Source: a virus (lineage: Duplodnaviria > Caudoviricetes). From it: DNA of 56,300 nucleotides. The DNA lies in the IMG/VR virus record IMGVR_UViG_3300042447_000704, positions 1 to 56,300 of that record; one strand, written 5' to 3'. Below, in pieces: positions 52,989-56,300 of the stretch. Position numbers and translations under genes: made by a program. Position 1 is the first letter of the stretch; each line of letters starts with the position of its first letter. Under the pieces are notes generated by a model. That model did no database searches. It was given only the letters and a program-made list of their open reading frames with translations, and was not told the origin of the DNA.

Positions 52989-53186
52989 ATGAAGACGATC
53001 GTATCCCTAGGCTATGACGCCCACTTCGTTGTGCCCACTGCCGACCTCGGCACGTTTCTGGAGCTTTTCTCCAGCCTGCAACGGGCCTCACGGGACTTCG
53101 AGGGAACGGAGGCGGTGTTCAGGGTTGAAGCTCCGCGCATGCCCACTGTCAGCGTTGTGTTTGAACTGAAGGAGGCTCAGTCATGA
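52989..53186 (+). CDS. Hypothetical protein (65 aa)
   Basis: RBS AAAGGA; ATGA overlap downstream. Confidence 0.6.
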   Translation: MKTIVSLGYDAHFVVPTADLGTFLELFSSLQRASRDFEGTEAVFRVEAPRMPTVSVVFELKEAQS

Positions 53187-53506
53187 AGATCAAGACGGCA
53201 GAACTCATCGGCCCCGCCCTCGATTGGGCAGTTGCTAAGTCCGATGGCTGGGATGGACCAGACCTCGCGTCGTACTTGTTCACCAGTCGGCATGTAAAGC
53301 CATCTGTTGACTGGAGTCAGGGCGGCCCGATCATCGAGCGGGAGAAGTTCAAGCTCCATTGTGGTGAGAACAATATCTGGTGGGCGGCAACAAACCAAAA
53401 CCCGCACCGCCCTTTAAGTGGCCCCACCCCTCTGACCGCAGCAATGCGCTGCTACGTCGCATCTGTATTGGGCGATGAGGTCGACGTGCCCGAGGAGTGT
53501 CTGTAA
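53183..53506 (+). CDS. DUF2591/NinX-like protein
   Basis: TAELIGPALDWAVA...PSVDWSQGGPIIERE...GPTPLTAAMRCYVAS. Confidence 0.8.
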   Translation: MKIKTAELIGPALDWAVAKSDGWDGPDLASYLFTSRHVKPSVDWSQGGPIIEREKFKLHCGENNIWWAATNQNPHRPLSGPTPLTAAMRCYVASVLGDEVDVPEECL

Positions 53507-53709
53507 TGGGCAGCAAGAAAGACGTGATGCGGGTCATCAATGAGGTGGCATCCGCAGGCTGGCTGGTCGAGCGAACCCGGGGCGGGCACTTCCGCCTCGT
53601 GGCCCCGGGCGGGCAGTCAGTGATCGCAGCCGGCACCCCGAGCGACCCTCGAGCGCTGCTCAACATGAAGTCTCGAATCAAACGAATCCAACAGGAGATC
53701 ACCTCGTGA
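53506..53709 (+). CDS. HicA-like protein
   Basis: GWLVERTRGGHFRLVAP...TPSD pattern, 67 aa. Confidence 0.65.
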   Translation: MGSKKDVMRVINEVASAGWLVERTRGGHFRLVAPGGQSVIAAGTPSDPRALLNMKSRIKRIQQEITS

Positions 53710-53912
53710 CCCACAACGAACCTCAATTCATAGTCAGTTGGAAATTCTGGAACGGGCATAGCTGGATCAAATCATTCGCAGAAGAGGCAGAGGCGGTTGC
53801 GTTTGTAAATTCATGCGGACTCGTTGCCCACCCAGACATCACCGACGTACTCATCGACAGAACCGCAGGGCTGGCAATTCTGACAGTCCGCTTGAAAGGG
53901 AAAGAGCAATGA
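53706..53912 (+). CDS. Hypothetical protein
   Basis: RBS CAGGAG; GTGA overlap. Confidence 0.55.
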   Translation: MTHNEPQFIVSWKFWNGHSWIKSFAEEAEAVAFVNSCGLVAHPDITDVLIDRTAGLAILTVRLKGKEQ

Positions 53913-54076
53913 ACGCACGCGAACTCATCGAATCACAGGGCCGCAAGCCAGCACTGGGCTGGGCACAGGAGCGGGTGATCGACCTGAAGAAAACCGATGT
54001 ACGCGAGACGTGGCGGGTGGTCACCGGGTGGCGGCCTCCGCGCATCAAACCGACAAAGCTGCGGAGGGCGGCATGA
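53909..54076 (+). CDS. Small basic protein
   Basis: ATGA overlaps; KTDVRETW. Confidence 0.55.
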   Translation: MNARELIESQGRKPALGWAQERVIDLKKTDVRETWRVVTGWRPPRIKPTKLRRAA

Positions 54077-54267
54077 ACCTCATCGTGCCATCTCAAGAGC
54101 TTCCGGCGAACGCGGCCGTCTTCGAGCAGTCCGGTAGGTTTGTGATGGCCGGCGATCGTGAGGCCTGCGAGCAGCGGGCGATCGAGATCGGCGGGCTGTA
54201 CTGCTGGATCATCAACGGCAGGCCGGTGGTTCGGTCGGACTTCCAGAGAGACGAGGAAGTGACATGA
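54073..54267 (+). CDS. Hypothetical protein
   Basis: RBS GGAGG; ATGA overlaps. Confidence 0.6.
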   Translation: MNLIVPSQELPANAAVFEQSGRFVMAGDREACEQRAIEIGGLYCWIINGRPVVRSDFQRDEEVT

Positions 54268-54578
54268 AGATAAAGCTGGTTGCATACGGCCCAGACGCTT
54301 GCGCGATGACGGTCGAGGATATGCACCCCGAAACCAGAACCTTCGTTGCAGTTGGTCAGGACGTGTACGAAATGCTCGGGCCGAGGAAGAAGCGCAAAGC
54401 TTACAAAGGGCTTAATTGGCGCGGCACCCCACTCACACGCGTCGAGGGGACGCCCGTCATCGACACCATCCGTAGAGAAAGCAGATCACTGCGAAGAGTA
54501 ATGCGGAGGCATGAAGACGAGTGGACATGCTTCGTCAGATGGGAGATCGAGCGGCAGTGCGAGAAAGAAAATTCCTAG
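54264..54578 (+). CDS. Hypothetical protein
   Basis: RBS GAGG; ATGA overlap. Confidence 0.6.
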   Translation: MKIKLVAYGPDACAMTVEDMHPETRTFVAVGQDVYEMLGPRKKRKAYKGLNWRGTPLTRVEGTPVIDTIRRESRSLRRVMRRHEDEWTCFVRWEIERQCEKENS

Positions 54579-54625
54579 ATGATCCCAGCCTCGGGTTGAG
54601 AGACCCATCGAACAGGAGAATCGAC

Positions 54626-54859
54626 ATGCAAGAAGTTCTGAAAAAGTCCCCCCAACGCCAGCGTGCCGCTGAGGCGATCCACGCATCGGTAGAGCCCGTC
54701 AGGGCCTACGTGGCACACATCAGCGACCTGAAGGGGGAGCCGTTCTATGTGGTGACGATTCCGCAGGGGACTGCGGCATACCAGATGGGGTATCGGTACG
54801 TGTCCGTTTCAGGCGATGAGCTTGACGACTATTTAGCAAACGGCTGTAGTCTTGCCTAA
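54626..54859 (+). CDS. Hypothetical protein
   Basis: RBS CAGGAG before ATG 54626. Confidence 0.6.
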   Translation: MQEVLKKSPQRQRAAEAIHASVEPVRAYVAHISDLKGEPFYVVTIPQGTAAYQMGYRYVSVSGDELDDYLANGCSLA

Positions 54860-55121
54860 TCAACCCAGCCCGGTTCGCCGCCCAATGAATCACATCAGCA
54901 AAACCATCGCGAAGCATCCCGGCGTTTTAGAAGTCCATCTCGGCGAAAGTAGCGGAGTCGATTACAGATACGAAGTGTTCTTGCGCGAGGGATGGGTATT
55001 TAAAAACGGCCGGATGCAAGGCACGAGGTGCGGGCATTTTGACACTGTCGAAGACTTCAAGTCTGCAAAACCGATCCGCTTAAACAACCAGCCCGGTTCG
55101 CCGGGCGCAGAGAGTGAATAG
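54852..55121 (+). CDS. Hypothetical protein
   Basis: In operon; start uncertain (possibly 54885). Confidence 0.55.
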   Translation: MPNQPSPVRRPMNHISKTIAKHPGVLEVHLGESSGVDYRYEVFLREGWVFKNGRMQGTRCGHFDTVEDFKSAKPIRLNNQPGSPGAESE

Positions 55122-55508
55122 ATGAGAACCACATATATGATCCACACCGTCAGCGAATCAGGATACGAGAAGTCCATCCGAGTCACCTACTCTGAATTGC
55201 AGATAGAGGAGCATCTGCGTGAAATCTCGAAACTGCTTCGGGGCGGCTCTATTCGTTCGTTCAAGGTTGAGGTCGTCCCGTTTGAGCTTCTGAACCAAAC
55301 AGAGGCGAGAATCATGATTGAAGACACCAGATACCGGGTCGCAGTGTGGAAAGCTCGCAGAGAAGGCAACATTGATGACCCGATTGCGAGCGCAGTTTAT
55401 GCGCTGGAAGACCGATACCCGAGCGGGTGGGGACTGAACACGCTCGGGTCGTGTCTCAAGCTGATTGAAGACGGGGTGTCGCCGTCAATTGCGGCCGAAC
55501 AGGCCTGA
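55122..55508 (+). CDS. Hypothetical protein (128 aa)
   Basis: Abuts the previous stop; converges on rusA. Confidence 0.6.
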   Translation: MRTTYMIHTVSESGYEKSIRVTYSELQIEEHLREISKLLRGGSIRSFKVEVVPFELLNQTEARIMIEDTRYRVAVWKARREGNIDDPIASAVYALEDRYPSGWGLNTLGSCLKLIEDGVSPSIAAEQA

Positions 55509-55512
55509 TGAT

Positions 55513-55929
55513 TTAAGGAAGGTCGTCGAGGTATCGCACCTCGATGACCGTCTCGCCTGCCTCTCCCCACCGTTTGGTGGCGGCCAACTGGACGACTTGC
55601 TTGTCGTCCTCCCAGACCACATTGTTCAGCCCATCGAGCGCCGACTTCGCGTAGTTGTCGACATCCCCGGATGGGTAGCTGTAGCCGAACAGTGCATCGG
55701 TTCTCTTCTTCCCTTTGTATGACTTAGGAATCTCCAGAACGGCCACCACGGCGACGGCGACCCGTCCTGAGGTTCTGGCACGTCCCGCCTCTCGCATCGC
55801 TTCAGAGGCCACCTCAGCCACAACGGTCTCATAGTCGCTTGTCCTCTTTGGGGTGAACACGCGGCCTCTGGAAAACCTCGGCCGTCCCTTTGGGACCGGA
55901 TTGCCCGGCACCTCAATCCGCAGATTCAA
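55513..55929 (-). CDS. rusA: RusA-family Holliday junction resolvase
   Basis: PVPKGRPRF, DVDNYAKSALDGL, WEDDKQVV. Confidence 0.9.
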   Translation of the reverse strand: MNLRIEVPGNPVPKGRPRFSRGRVFTPKRTSDYETVVAEVASEAMREAGRARTSGRVAVAVVAVLEIPKSYKGKKRTDALFGYSYPSGDVDNYAKSALDGLNNVVWEDDKQVVQLAATKRWGEAGETVIEVRYLDDLP

Positions 55930-56200
55930 GCAGCCCCCGGTCGATCAATATCTGTCGGGTCCGCTCGTGCGCTATCTGCCACATCTGTCGGCGATCGCTC
56001 TTCGACAGGGCTCTGCCCTGATCGATTGCTGTGTGGCACGAGTAGCACAGGAACGCTACGAACTCGTCCGATGCTTTGATGCCCATCCCTTTGCCGTGCA
56101 TCTGTTGATTGGAGTGCGCCGCCACCGTTGTTCCATCCTGCTTGAAGCAGAACTGACAGGGTTCGGTTCGGGCGGCTTGCAGAATCTTTCGGCTTCTCAA
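55913..56200 (-). CDS. DUF1364 (YbcO-like) Zn-binding putative nuclease
   Basis: CQFC...TTVAAHSN...GKGMGIKASD...CYSCH. Confidence 0.8.
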   Translation of the reverse strand: MRSRKILQAARTEPCQFCFKQDGTTVAAHSNQQMHGKGMGIKASDEFVAFLCYSCHTAIDQGRALSKSDRRQMWQIAHERTRQILIDRGLLESAD

Positions 56201-56298
56201 TCAAGCAGACCCCAGCGCTTGCACTCTTCTTCCCAGTCTTTGACCATCGCGATCGCATCGCGCGCCAGCTTCACGTTGTCCTTAGCCCGGCAGGTATT
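56173..56298. repeat. Terminal direct repeat, right copy
   Basis: Identical to 1-126. Confidence 0.95.
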
Positions 56299-56300
56299 GC

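Noticed and set aside
1-56300. Genome-wide stop-codon reassignment
   Set aside because: Standard code gives dense, intact genes with all three stops used; no suppressor tRNA found
1-56300. Apparent abundance of CGATCG/GATC
   Set aside because: Plausibly due to ATC-GAx codon usage at high GC; enrichment cannot be shown without a Markov-model count

Overview
The window is an apparently complete, circularly permuted temperate podovirus-like phage genome of about 56.17 kb; bases 1-126 recur at 56173-56298. A 50-bp tRNA-Lys(UUU) 3' half beside a tyrosine integrase marks attP; the host is probably a proteobacterium (tentatively Burkholderiales-like; inference). Modules: (i) a leftward replication/nuclease operon with a DnaB-like helicase, a short initiator-like protein, a PD-(D/E)XK protein, a DUF1364-like protein and RusA, but no recognisable primase or polymerase; (ii) a cro/cI-like switch; (iii) a rightward middle operon (SSB-like, Cas4-like exonuclease, MazG, DUF3310) ending at attP-int; (iv) a ~39-kb leftward late operon (TerS, HNH, TerL, portal, scaffold, capsid, adaptors, lectin-like/repeat decoration proteins, lysis genes, tail, fibre, ejection proteins and a 3339-aa polyvalent protein); (v) a rightward early region of small genes with ArdC. 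The most interesting unexplained signals are: a ~240-nt multi-stem element plus 12-bp tandem repeats in front of an initiator lacking an obvious DNA-binding domain (candidate RNA-assisted origin); the enzyme cargo of the giant virion protein, including SAM-lyase-like and HhH-glycosylase-like motifs; a repressor lacking the S24 catalytic dyad with four dispersed operator-like palindromes; lectin-like modules inserted inside a split domain; SSB-tail mimics; a shared [FYM]xxGGx[VI] tag; and a lipoprotein nested in the holin gene. All family calls are motif recognition by eye; no database searches were run.
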